DNA of 64,000 nucleotides, taken from the NCBI GenBank assembly GCA_002269645.1, contig NIVC01001211.1, positions 1 through 64,000 of the forward strand, in the 5' to 3' direction. Origin of the DNA: Macrostomum lignano. Lineage: Eukaryota. A program made the translations under genes and the position numbers. Below the pieces are notes generated by a model. It ran no database searches. It worked only from the letters and a program-made list of their open reading frames with translations, and had not been told where the DNA came from. Below, piece by piece: positions 12,841 to 24,296 of the stretch (the first letter of the stretch is position 1; the number at the start of each line of letters is the position of its first letter).

Positions 12841-15362
12841 AAGGGCTTTCTTTTCAGCGAAATATGTAACTTTTGCCTCGTTTCTCGAATTTACTTGCAA
12901 TCAAATATCTCTTTTGGTGCAGATCTTAAATAATAATAATTGATTACCCATGCCCCAATGGTCAAGCGACAGCTCAGCCGCAGCTATTGCGCGGCGCCTC
13001 TGAATGCTGCGTACGGCTGTTCAGTCCAAGGACTCTCAATCGCTACTCACCCTCAATTATCCCAGCTAATGTTGGTACCCATTTTTCAGCTTTGTGAACT
13101 GAAGCAATGCAGAGTTATGTTTTATTGTTCATGCTCAAAGACAAATTGTTTCGAGCGGGTCGAGAATCGAATTCCCGACCTTTCAGTCATGAGTCAGACG
13201 CTCTCCCAATGGGCTACAACCCCCCTGAAGACGCTGAGGTTGTCTGATGAAGCTTAATTTTGTTTTAAATTGTGCTTGGAGTAATGAAGTAGTGTTCGAT
13301 TCATACAGTTGTGCAAACAGTAAAACGCTGGAAATGACTTAATTCATATAATGAAGCAAAACTGGCATGATTTAATTATCTTGTCTGCATGCTAAGCTGA
13401 TACTCTGCATGAACCAATCCAGTTTCCACCTTACACGGTCTACGAGAACTACACATTTGGCAGAGCTTCTGGACACTCGGTCGAAATGCTTAGCTACTTT
13501 ACCAGGCACCTCAATTTTACGTAAGCCATATTATTTTTCATCAGTCATCTCTACATGAAAATATGCTTCATTTTTTATGCCTCAATTTGAAGGTACGACC
13601 TGTTCTCTCCGCCGGATAACCAGTTCGGGGCACCTGTGGAGGGCTCACCCTACTTTACTGGCTGCATCGGCATGCTGCAGAAAAGAGTGAGCGCAGTGAA
13701 CATACGAGCGTATGTTCACTTCCAAATGAATTCAACACACTGAATGACTGAATCTGTTTCTGTCTTTCAGCAAGCGGATTTCGCGATGCTGTTCGCTACT
13801 ACTACTTTCCGCCATAAAGTAGTCGACTACTCGGATGAGTACCAGTTCTCGTCTAACACCATCCTAGTGAAAATGCCTCCACCAGAGTCCAAGCTGTGGA
13901 ATGTGTTCACGCCGCTCTCCTGGGACTCTTGGCTGCTCATTATTGCTATGTTCGTCATTGTTCCAGTCGTTATCTTCATTTTCGCCAAGCTCAGTCCCTT
14001 TAGCGCCTGGACTTTGGGCTTGCCTTATGCGTTTTCTGACGAAGTCTGGCTAAAGGAATACGTCTGGTCGGTCATTGGCAGCTTCTTGCAGCAGGGCCAG
14101 GACTTTTACCCGTTCTCGATGAGTCCTCGAACTGTCATGGCGTTCTGGTGGATGCTCACAGTAGTCATTTTTGGAGCATATACAGGTGGTTAAGCTAGGT
14201 TGTTTTATCAAATCTAATGCTTATGACTGCAGTTGATCAAATGTTAGTGCGTTTTCTATCCCTTTCCTTCAGGGGACCTCACGGCCAAGCTTGCTGTGAC
14301 GGTGGCCAAGTACCCGATCGAGAGCTTGGAGGATCTGATCGCCAGGCCGCACTACAAGGCCATGGTTGCCCAGGGCACCAACATCTACGGCTCAATCATG
14401 CTGGCGACGGAAGGTCCCTTGACTATGCTACGCAAACAGATGGAGCTTGTTGACACAATGGCCACCTGCGCCGAGACTGTGAGTTTGAGTGTCATGGTTT
14501 TAGATTGATTTACATTCGATGAAGTCAACAAAGCCTGAGGCTCTCAGTCAGGTCTGAAAAAGCACTTCACCGAACTTTCCCTCAGCTCCTCAAGCCGGAC
14601 GCGAGCCCGTACCTGGTGTGCGTCTCAGACCAGAGCAGCAATTCTTATTACGCCAGCGCATTCTGCAAGCAGGTTTACCAAGCCAAAAATTTCTTCAACT
14701 TTTACTACTTGGCTATGACGTTTCCACAGGATGTCTACTACCTTCCAGCATTTGACTTTCTGTAAGTTTCATATTCTTCATTATCCTTTAATGTTCTTGA
14801 ATATAGCTACCTTCAGCTGTTAAATTGAATTGAAGCCATCTCTACTAGACTTTGGTTATATTACATTTGGTTATATTTTATTTATTTTATATTTTGGTTA
14901 TATTTTATTACACGTATAGTGCCAGGTGAAAAAAAACTAACTGAGCTTTGCAGCCATAATAATTTTACGTTTTTTTCGGCTTCAAATCCCCACCAGCGAC
15001 AACCAAACTTCAAAACCCAGCACGACATTCCACAACCAAACCTCGAACAACAGAATAACACTCCACAACCGAACCTCGAACCAGAACATGTAAAGTCACA
15101 GCAAAAACTCGAACCCTACAGACTGCAGCGCGGCAAGGAGAGCGGCTTCGTCGATGTGGTGACTCGCAAGTTCATTCCTTCGACAAGCGATTGCAACGTC
15201 AACACGGCCGCCGCTGAGGCCGCAGCCATCCCACTGGAGGGTGTGGGTGGCGCCTACATCGTCAGTCTGTCGCTCTACCTGTGCGGCGGTGTCATCCTGC
15301 TGATCGAGCTGTTCTGGGTGGTCAGGCTGCAGAGGGACCCGCTCGATATGCCCGGATACTGA
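10919..15362 (+). CDS. iGluR/IR-like receptor copy 2, apparently intact, multi-exon
   Basis: MWHELRTLLLLLALHACSGS signal, then ATD exons. QADFAMLFATTTFRHKVVDYS; WSVIGSFLQQG; AYTGDLTAKL; ends ...DPLDMPGY*. Splice phases are consistent throughout. Confidence 0.93.
12931..13225 (-). mobile_element. tRNA-derived CORE-like SINE, copy 1 (intron of receptor copy 2)
   Basis: Homologous to 17832, 27246 and 46744. The minus strand starts with a tRNA-like head (A-box-like and B-box-like attcgattc) and ends in a taatcaatta(tta)n tail. Confidence 0.8.
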
Positions 15363-16396
15363 TGGCATCGGCCAGCCGGGCGAACCATGTACTATTGGAA
15401 TAACTGCAGTCTAAATATAACTTTGAGCCGTTCTTGCTAGGACCAAACCAATTACTGTTGTTTCACGGTGTATCACTCGCCTTCTATTAAATTTTATTTT
15501 AGGGCTTAATTCTGCTGGAATGTCATTGGAGAGACAGAAGAACTACAATTTAATCATTCAATCGGATGATTTGCTGCCTTTATGCAATTACGACGTTCGC
15601 ATGAAGCTATCCTGTGTTTGATCGGAGGTCCTATCTCTCCAATGTACTTTTTCTGTACGGAGATTTTTAGTCCGGATTTTTTTAAAATCAAGACTTTCCG
15701 TGGTAGACCCAAATTTGATGCAGACAAAGAAAAAAATTATTTAGAGAATAGTGCTTGGAGCTAAGAGCCTTTTCCGGGTTGCACTTTTATAGCTGTGGAT
15801 TTTCTTTTATTATGTACGAAAGTACCTAAAATTGATGGAGCACGTGAAGAAAAGTTATATTGTACGCTAGTATACTGAAACAACTTTTATTTTCAATCGC
15901 ACTTGAGAAACATTTTTGAAGCACCGGTTTGTTGCCATGCCTTGCTAGCTAAGCCTGAGAAGGCAGCAGTGCTTCTTTTAGGTCGTAGCCGCTGCAACCT
16001 AAGACCTATAGTTGTTGTTTCCTATCTATAACTTTATGGACTTTATGATTCTCCAATCCCTAACACAAAGATCAGTAGCTATTAGAACACTAATCCTATC
16101 CAAGTACACAATAGAAATATACATTTCTGCAAATATTTTCTGCAACTTCCATTATGCAGCAAGTGAACCAAATTGATCTGGAGGCATCTTTCAACTCATT
16201 TCTTCCTCACTGAATCAGGCAAAACCAAATTGACCCGTCTATTTTGCTGTTAATTGGAGTTAAACCTAAAGAAGATTCGAGTAGCGTTGGAGAAGGGAAG
16301 CGCGGTAGCAACCCCAAACCCAAAAAGAACAAGAAAAAACATGAAGCATGAAAGGTGACAGGCAGAAGAAAATCACCGCGCCTCACAGAGCACCGT

Positions 16397-16760
16397 TCAC
16401 GCACCGCCGAAGTTGCACTTCCAGTTGATCAGCGACGCGGTCGCTAAGGCAACGCTAACGCAGCTTTCCACAGGCCAAGGCTGGATGCCCGTAGAACCGC
16501 AGCAGGAAGAGTAGCAGATGCCGATGCAGCTTCCAGGCGCAAGGCATGTGAAAGGCTCGGAAGCTGATGTTGTGCTTGAGTGCTGCCAGAGTGGCAGTTC
16601 GCAGCAGGGCCATGATGGCCGCGTTGCCAGTTGCACCGTTGTTGAGGCAGTCCACCGCCGCTCTGTTGTCAATGTAGAGGGCGACCCGGCTGTTCTCGAG
16701 CTGCTCCTTGAACATGATGATGGGCATCAGCGGCAGCGCTGCTTCCTTCGAGTTACCATT
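16397..16760 (-). mobile_element. DIRS/Ngaro-type (tyrosine-recombinase) retrotransposon relic, RNase H fragment
   Basis: KEAALPLMPIIMFKEQLENSRVALYIDNRAAVDCLNNGATGNAAIMALLRTATLAALKHNISFRAFHMP matches the DIRS1 RNase H pattern (DN-AV...N.G...M.LLR......NI..RA.H.P) from recall. Confidence 0.7.
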
Positions 16761-16894
16761 TTAGAAAGAACGCACGCAACGCGACACATGGCGGGGCAGA
16801 GGAGGGGGTTTAAAACTGGTTAATTAGTGACTAGGCAAGACCAGTCACGAACCAAAACATTTTCGGTTCTGAAACGGTACTCAGACAGTTTGAG

Positions 16895-17030
16895 TCTGTA
16901 CTCAAATGAGTACAGACAGCAGGATGTGCAATGAAACTAAAATTGTTCATGAGTACAGACAGCAGAATGAGCAATGGAACTGGAATTGTTCATGAGTAGA
17001 GACAGCAGAATGAGCAATGGAGTTAGAATT
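16895..17030. repeat. Short imperfect ~42-bp tandem repeat
   Basis: atgagta(c/g)agacagcagaatgagcaatgga recurs about three times. Confidence 0.7.
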
Positions 17031-17831
17031 TTTCTGTCTATACAAATTTTCTTTGCTTTGAAGCAGTCTGCTGACGGAAGAGATTTGCAGACAGGCTGAT
17101 GCGCGATCTGCAGCTGCAGAAACTGCAGCCTGACTTCCAGCAAGCCGCCGAACAGCTTCAGGAAGTAGTTCAGACCCACTGGGAGCTGGGCTGGCCACCA
17201 GTGCTGAACCGGCAGCTACGGGAGGTCCTGTAAGCAGGTTTCCGCCAACAACAATAACCCCTATACCTACAGCCACTTCCTCTCGATAGGAAAAGGGCAG
17301 TCCAGTCGCAGACCAGTGGCTTGTGGACTTGGCCTTGGCTTTTCGGTGAAGGTGGTTTTTGAGAAATCAAAATATCATCAATTGTAGCTGGAGCTAAGAG
17401 GAAGAGATCGCAAACAACATGAAGGTCGGGCATGGCTCTGGGAAGACATTCTTCTTATAAAGCAGCAGGCGGTGCTGGAGACATGTAACCAGTTGAGCTT
17501 GCAATTGACTCAGTTATAGTACTTCTAAGGCCTCAGGCATTTTGGGCATTAAATGTTGAAGACTTGTGTATGAGGGTGGTGAGCAACACAAAAATAAGCA
17601 AATACAGACGCATTCGAATGACGCGAAAACCTATTACGACTAGATTTTGAACAGGTCATCGGTGTCCTACCTCGTCACAGTTTGGCAATCTCGTGTTTTG
17701 TAAAGCGCCTGATGCGATTTAAAACCCTTATGCTTAGGTACAGCATAAATTAATGATAACTAACTAATTGCCAAAGTGCAACCGACTCTAGGTAGTAACC
17801 GATCTAATAACCTCTAGTAACCGACTCTAGT

Positions 17832-18082
17832 AATGGGCAGATGTGCAACCGACAGCTCAGCCGCAGCTATTGCGTGGCGCATCTGAAGGCTGCGTACGGC
17901 TGTTCAGTCCAAGGACTGGGGATCGCCAAACACATTGTCAATTACCCCAGCTGGGCAAAATGGAAGCAATGCAGAGTGAAGTGTCTTGCTCAAGAACACA
18001 AATTGTTCCAAGTGAGATCAGGAATCGAACCCCGACCTTCAAGTCGTGAGTCCGACGCTCTGACCACTGGGCCACTCCCCTT
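17832..18082 (-). mobile_element. tRNA-derived CORE-like SINE, copy 2
   Basis: Minus strand: ggcccagtggtcagagcgtcggactcacgacttgaaggtcggggttcgattcc (A and B boxes), followed by the shared body. Confidence 0.85.
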
Positions 18083-18748
18083 ACAGCATGAAGAGCACGT
18101 TAAAATTTCACATCTTCGAATTCGTTCAAGTTGTGAGCCAGCAAAAGTGGCTAACAAGATTCGAAAAAGTGAAATGAAGTTCGAAACAAATGAAGTTTCA
18201 GGCTTGTCAAAGTGACTGACATTGCGAAGTTTCGAGTTTAGAAAGTTTATTTAGAAGTTTTGAGCATCTTTAATTTTGAGCTTCTGAAACTCCTCTCTTT
18301 ATTTAGCATGGCTTGCCTGCTCCTGGCGAGACTGTTGCTATGCCGCTGAGTGAAGAGCAACTTCAGCTACAGAAGTCAGTGCAAGCCACTCAGATATTAA
18401 GACATTGAAATCCACAGACCAAGTCTAATTAAAAGTTTAGTGAAAGCATTTTGAGCGAATGGCTTCAGGCTAAGCTGCTGGGCCATCTGTGTATTTAAGT
18501 AATGTAGAGAATGCTTAATTAAAATTTAATCACCACCACCATATCTGCACATGAGTTTCATATAAACGTATGCTTCTTCAAAACTAAGATATGCATTTTG
18601 GATCATGCGATTGAAACAAGCTGCACTTTTAATAAAACAATATTTTTATCTGAAATAAACATTTTCGGCTATAAAAATGACTGTTAGTTTCAACCAGTCC
18701 TGTGCATTAATAACCGGAGTGCATCGCTGAGTTTTCAAACCAGAGTAG

Positions 18749-21325
18749 TCAAATCTGCAGCAGCATTCGCACTTCACGGAGATACAGCCAAGTCTCGCAC
18801 CACCAGGTCATATAGCTGGTATTTGCCGTCTCCCGCACAGGAAAAATCCCGTTCGGGTTGGAGTGGTTGCAGTCTCGAAACCACCAGCCTCCTTTTCCAT
18901 ACCTGTTTGTGCATGACCCTGGGTTGCTTTCGTCATTGTCCCTGTCTATTGTGGAAAACCGCATTCCTGAGTTTTTCTGCAGTTCATCATAGTTCAAACT
19001 GGACCTGCTCTTCAGCATCTCTCGGTACGTCATCCGATACCCAGTGCTGGCATCTCCCACCTGGAATCCCGCGTACTCCGCATGCAGCTCAGAGCCGTTC
19101 CAGAGCTTCATCTCCAATCTGAAAGTGACGCCGCCCTGGCTCAGCAAGTGGATGGTGGAGAGGCCTGTGGGAAGAAATTAAGCGGCAGAGGCTGGGTCAC
19201 TTCTGCTTGGTCAGGCATTTTAGTGACACACCTGTAAAACAGACGAAAACGAACATAAATTGTATGGCTACTGTCCTTCGAATCGGAGCTTTCACTGGAT
19301 CACAGGAGAATGTAAATTGCCTTGGTTGGTTTAAGTTCGTGATCGTATTTACATGTTGAATAGGGTAGTAAACCTTGCTGCATTCTCAGCGGCTGGCTGC
19401 AACGAGGCGGGATGGGAAAGAGAGGAAGGGAGAAGGATCAGGTTGCCAGGCGCCAGTGCAGCCAAATTTATCAGCTTTGTTATGAAGCAGACGCTTTATC
19501 TCTGTTAGCAGAGCTGCGAACGCGAAGCGGCCGCTCACCGATCCAGAAGTCAGTGCCGTCACCGAAGCCAGTCTCGTACTCAGTCCAGCCTCGTTGGAAA
19601 CTCACTCTGCCGGTGAGTCGCTGCTGAATCTTTACGAAGCAGCGGCCGTCTCGCTGAACTTGAAGCGCGTAAGAAGAGTCAGCGGCGGCGCATGACTGCG
19701 GACTCGAGCAGCTCGCACTTGCCGACGCCTTCATTCTCCATGATAAAGTTGTCTGGACCGACTCGGATCGGCACTGGTCAGCAACCAGAGACGTCACCCG
19801 CCACCTCAGGTGTCGCCACAAATCCGCGGGCTCATTCAGCACCGCCGATCTGAAACTCAGCGGAGTTTTTAGATTGCAATACAACACGAAAATACGCGTA
19901 ACCTCTGAAAAAAATAATTAAAGCAATTCTTGAGGGCCACAAAAAAGGTCAACCATTTCAGTTTTCTTAAGACGAATGCTTTTCACTGTTATATTCCAAA
20001 AAAAATTCATTTGAAATGAAATGAACTGGTTGACATGAATTTTGAATTTGAAAAGACCCATTGAAACGGGGTCCTTAGGGTCTGTGAGACATCAGGGCAA
20101 CTGGGCAAATAAAACACTCAGAATTTTAAAGAACTGTCGTGAGGTAAAGTGAATTCTGTTTCTGTTTCTCCAAGCAATTATCAAACCTGAGTTCGTCGCA
20201 CAGCCCCGAGCTTCCGCAGAGCAGCCGCAGCTGAGCGGACTTCCAGTCTGTCGACACCATCAGCGGACCGACCTCGAACCGAGAACTCAACGAGCTCACC
20301 GATCTCTCAGCAGTCCACAGCCGCATAAAATCGACCGATCGAGGCGACAGGTCGGCCAGCTGAGTCCTCACAGCATCGCGTGTGGCCTCATCTTGCAGCA
20401 CCACATCCAGCTTCAGGTAGTGCATGTCTCGGCTATAGTCATACCTGACTGACTCGCTGCTCAAGCTGGAGATGTTGTGGCACAGCAGAGGCTCGATGAG
20501 GAAGTGGCCCTTCATGTCGAGTCTCTGGTGCACTCGGACTGAGCAGTTCTCGAGATTGACGGAGCGGATGAACCGAAGCTGTCGGCAATTCGACACATTT
20601 GCAAATCTTTGTCTGCCGAATTCCAAGTCGAAGAAGCTGCTGTTTTGCAGCAGGACGTGTCTCTGAACTTCATAGCAAGAGCCGTTCGAAATGATAGAAG
20701 CTGACAGCCTAACTTTTTCAAGGGCCTCGCCGGGCGAACTTCTAAAGTTGGCATTCTGCTCTGGCTGGATTTCTAATGAACTCAGACTTTGCATTCGAGG
20801 CACATTTGCCAGTCTCAAGTTGCTTGCAGCTTGGCACACACTGCTGCGGGCCCTCTTCTCAATTCGCAGTCTCAGGGTGGCGATTGGTTCATCTGGAGTC
20901 CACAGGATGTCAGAAACCCGGATTAATGAGCTGAAGTCGGCTGAGACGCTGATGTTGGTGACCGTGGCGAAGCTCACAGACCTCGGTGACAGATGCCGCA
21001 GTTGACGCTGAGCATCTGCGAGCATCCCAGCATCCCTCATCAATACAGGAACGCTGAAGTACAGCTGCTGGGTGATGAAGTCGAATCGGGGAACAATGCC
21101 TCTCAGGCTGTCCGTCACGCACATGAGCGGCTCGACTGCCAAGTGCGGACCGTCGCTCGCTCCCGTGTCGTGCACGAACAGCGCGCAGCCGTTCACGCTG
21201 AGCTGCGCCACGAAGCGGAGCCGCGGAGAGTCAGCGGGAGCGCACTGGGAGACCTGGCCGGCTGCCAGCGAGCAGAGCAGCAAAGCAACAAAAATGAAGC
21301 CCTTTTTCCAATTCCAGTCACGCAT
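18749..21325 (-). CDS. Secreted fibrinogen-related protein (FReD) with a large unrecognised N-terminal region; exons 21325-20187, 19849-19539, 19164-18749 (~620 aa)
   Basis: Signal peptide FIFVALLLCSLAAG. Fibrinogen C motifs: IQQR..G.VSFQRGWTEYETGFG..DFWIGL..IH, FSTIDRDND, C.....GGWWF..C..SNPNG. Phase-matched junctions: CTC AG|gt..ag|A TCG and ATC G|gt..ag|GC CTC. Confidence 0.85.
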
Positions 21326-21859
21326 TTTTCTTAAGCTTTATTTAACATTAGCAAGGCGGTGACAAGCAGGCAAAGCCAGTGCACTAATATATATAGCACT
21401 AATCTATACAAAATCTACCTCGCATTATTCTGATACTTGTACAGACAGAATAAGCCAGGTTAGGCAGAATAACAACTATTTACAAGCCCAAATTAAAATA
21501 AGATAATCTGTTTAGATGTCAACTCTGTTTTATGCACCTGGTCTATTCAATATGCCTATTCATATTTCTTTTTATTTAAAATCTTCACGAAACAAGAAGC
21601 AGTGCAGTGTCGAGATTCTGACCGTCGGAAACTGCATGGTGTTGTGTTGAGATAGTCAGACTGATTTTTGTGGGTACACACGAACTTAGACCAAGTTGGC
21701 CTTTCGACTGGTATATTTATACTTATATATTTATCTAGTTGCGACAGATTAACATCGGCAAACAGATGTACATAGCAGATGTACATATCTGCAAAACAGC
21801 TACACAACATTCACTCTCCCTCACGAACGAGTTGCCTTGTCGACGAAATATTCGAAAAT

Positions 21860-22020
21860 CGATTACTGGGGGAATGGCTTACTGGGGGAATTGCTGAGAT
21901 CTCAAGTCTTGGGGGGAATTGCTAAGATGTTAAGGCTAAGGTTAGAAGCTACATGTAGTTTATTTAAAAAATTTTAGTACATTCTTTGTTTGCTCCCCAA
22001 CGGGGGGCGTAAATTGCTAG
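21860..22020. repeat. Degenerate interspersed repeat (ggggaattgctgagatgtcaagg motif), related to 23200-23750
   Basis: Recurrent gaattgct(g/a)agat and taggg/ttagg motifs. Confidence 0.55.
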
Positions 22021-22539
22021 TGGCTACTAAATCTTGACCCGAGCGGTATTCAGAGAGGCTGAATAGTCAAACCCAGATAAACAAGATCTTGTTGCCAATT
22101 CTTTTGATCAACAGAAACTTTCACGCCAGATTCAGCTTTGAACTCGCAGATGATCCAGGGGCCTATTTAGCATTTTGTTGCTTGTCTATAAGCCATGTCG
22201 ATCCTGAAATCGATCCGGCATCCTACTTGCTGTTGCAGGCGAGAGTTAAAAAACTTGATACGAGCCTGACAATTGTCAATTCAGGACTCACAAGATGCAG
22301 ATTGTGCCCAAGATAAGAGACAAAGAGAGAAAGAAAAAGAAAAGGAAGGGAAAAGCTGCCAATATCCATTGCATAGATCTTCAGGAATTGGACAATCCGC
22401 AGACGAATTGAACTTTGTTTTTGCAGCTCCTGGTGTCGATCGTCACGAGTAACTTCCTCCAAGCCCCTCTACGGAGACTTACAACCTGCCTTTACGCTGA
22501 CGACACGAGGGCGACACACCAATATGAACCAGTGCCGCT

Positions 22540-23200
22540 CTATGTCGGTATTGAGACGGTGCTGATGAGGTGGCACTTCAAGCAGGTCCAAAGCAGGGGA
22601 TCAGAAAACAATCGTGCAGTAGCAAGACAGGAATCTGGATCCTGTCTGAACCAGGCCCTAACTTCTGTCGGCCTTCTGCCTGAGCAGGAAGCCGATTCCC
22701 TTAGGACGCGATGCATCTGTGTGCGAGGCTGTGTGTACTGATCATGGTAGATTAGTTTAGGCGTGTTTGCAAGGCGATTTAGGGCCTTCTCAAAGGAGTC
22801 TAGCTGTTCTTGGCCCCATTTAAACATTCTCTCTGATGGCCTGTTACTCCGGCTATTTCTGGAGTAAAAGTTCCAACTTGGATCACAAGACCAACTATTA
22901 CTCAAAGATCCGTGATATTTCTAGGCTTTGGAAAGCCGCTGATTGTTTCACAATCTCTGGATCAATGCAGTCAGTATCCATCGGCCGACAAATAAAGTCC
23001 AAAATACTGCGTACACTGTGTGCAGATTGCGTGCTACGGAAATCAAATTATTGTATTTAAGCAATTCTGCTGTCCTCCCACCGTCGAAGAAGTTTTCGAA
23101 CTGCTTGGACATGCGATCCTCTTTCTGGGCTCAAAATCAAATAGGCATCAACCATGTGCCTAACGTACTGCAACTGCTCAGGTCTTGAAAAGTATCATCC
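22540..23200 (-). mobile_element. Degenerate Ty3/gypsy pol fragment (RT C-terminus, linker, RNase H start)
   Basis: Across frameshifts and stops: KPRNITDL*VIVGLVIQVGTFTPEIA, FKWGQEQLDSFEKALNRLANTPKLIYHD, TDASRPKGIGFLLRQ, LVQTGSRFL. Confidence 0.85.
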
Positions 23201-23750
23201 ACCTGGAGATTGTGGAATGCGGCATTTCGAACATGGAGGGAATCGCTAAGGTGTCAAACGTTCATAGTCGAATTGCTGAATTCTTGGGGGCTCAGAGGGA
23301 ATTCATGAAATGTCAAGGTTCATTGAGAATTGCCGAAATGCTGTGACTCGGCAGGGTTAGTCATAGGTTTACGCTAGGGTTCAACCATAAAAGAATCATA
23401 TGAAATTGCCAACATGCCCGAGCTCATAGGGGTTGGGAGTGAAATGCTGAGTTGTTAAGGCTCATGTGTGGAATCGCTAAGATTTCAAAAGCTCAAGGGC
23501 AAATTGGTGAAATTCTTAGGCTCAGGGGAATTGTTGAAACTCGGCAGGGTTAGGGCTAGGATTATTGGTTCAATTATGAAATAATCGCCCCTGTCAACCA
23601 TAAAAGATTCATGGGGGTTTGCTTAGATGTCAAAGCTCTTACAGGGGAGTGCTTAAGATTAAAGGCTCGTGGGTGATTGCTGAATGCTGTGGCTCATTGG
23701 AGAATTGCTGAGATGTCAAGGCGAGAATCGCTGAAATTGTGACTTGTGTT
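23200..23750. repeat. Degenerate tandem-like repeat (gaattgctgagatgtcaaggctc units)
   Basis: Imperfect recurring units; the same motif occurs at 21860-22020. Confidence 0.6.
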
Positions 23751-24296
23751 GCTCAGATTATATGAACCAAAGCTCACAAAGGATCTGATATCTTAGGCTA
23801 GATAGCTGGTGCTTTTTGCATTCAAAATCGTTTGCCCCTTGGTAGCTCGTACTTAACACTGGTTAATCAACAAGGTCATATCCTACTTGAAGTTCTTTCA
23901 AACATTTTATTTCTGTTTTTGTTGACTCCCCAATGATTAATAGGTTAACTATTACTTTGCGATGGATATCTAATTTCATTAGTGCATCGGCAGATATTGC
24001 AAAAAAAGGCAAAGCGCAAAGCCCATTATCGATAATTGGACAGCTCAGGTGGCAAACTGGCTGAAATTCCAGCCGGGCGCTGCCCCATCGCCAAGTCAAT
24101 GCAGCATCACATTCTGATTGAAGGTAACCTTTCCATTTTTACTTAATGAGACTGCAGTTGAATAACCAGCCTCTGATCGATCGGAAACATCTGATACCAA
24201 AACCGGATTCAGTTCAGTAAGATCTCAATAAATAGCTCCAGTGTCCCACTCCGGCAGCGGCTCGCGGCTCTCACACACGCGATCTTTAAGTCAGTC

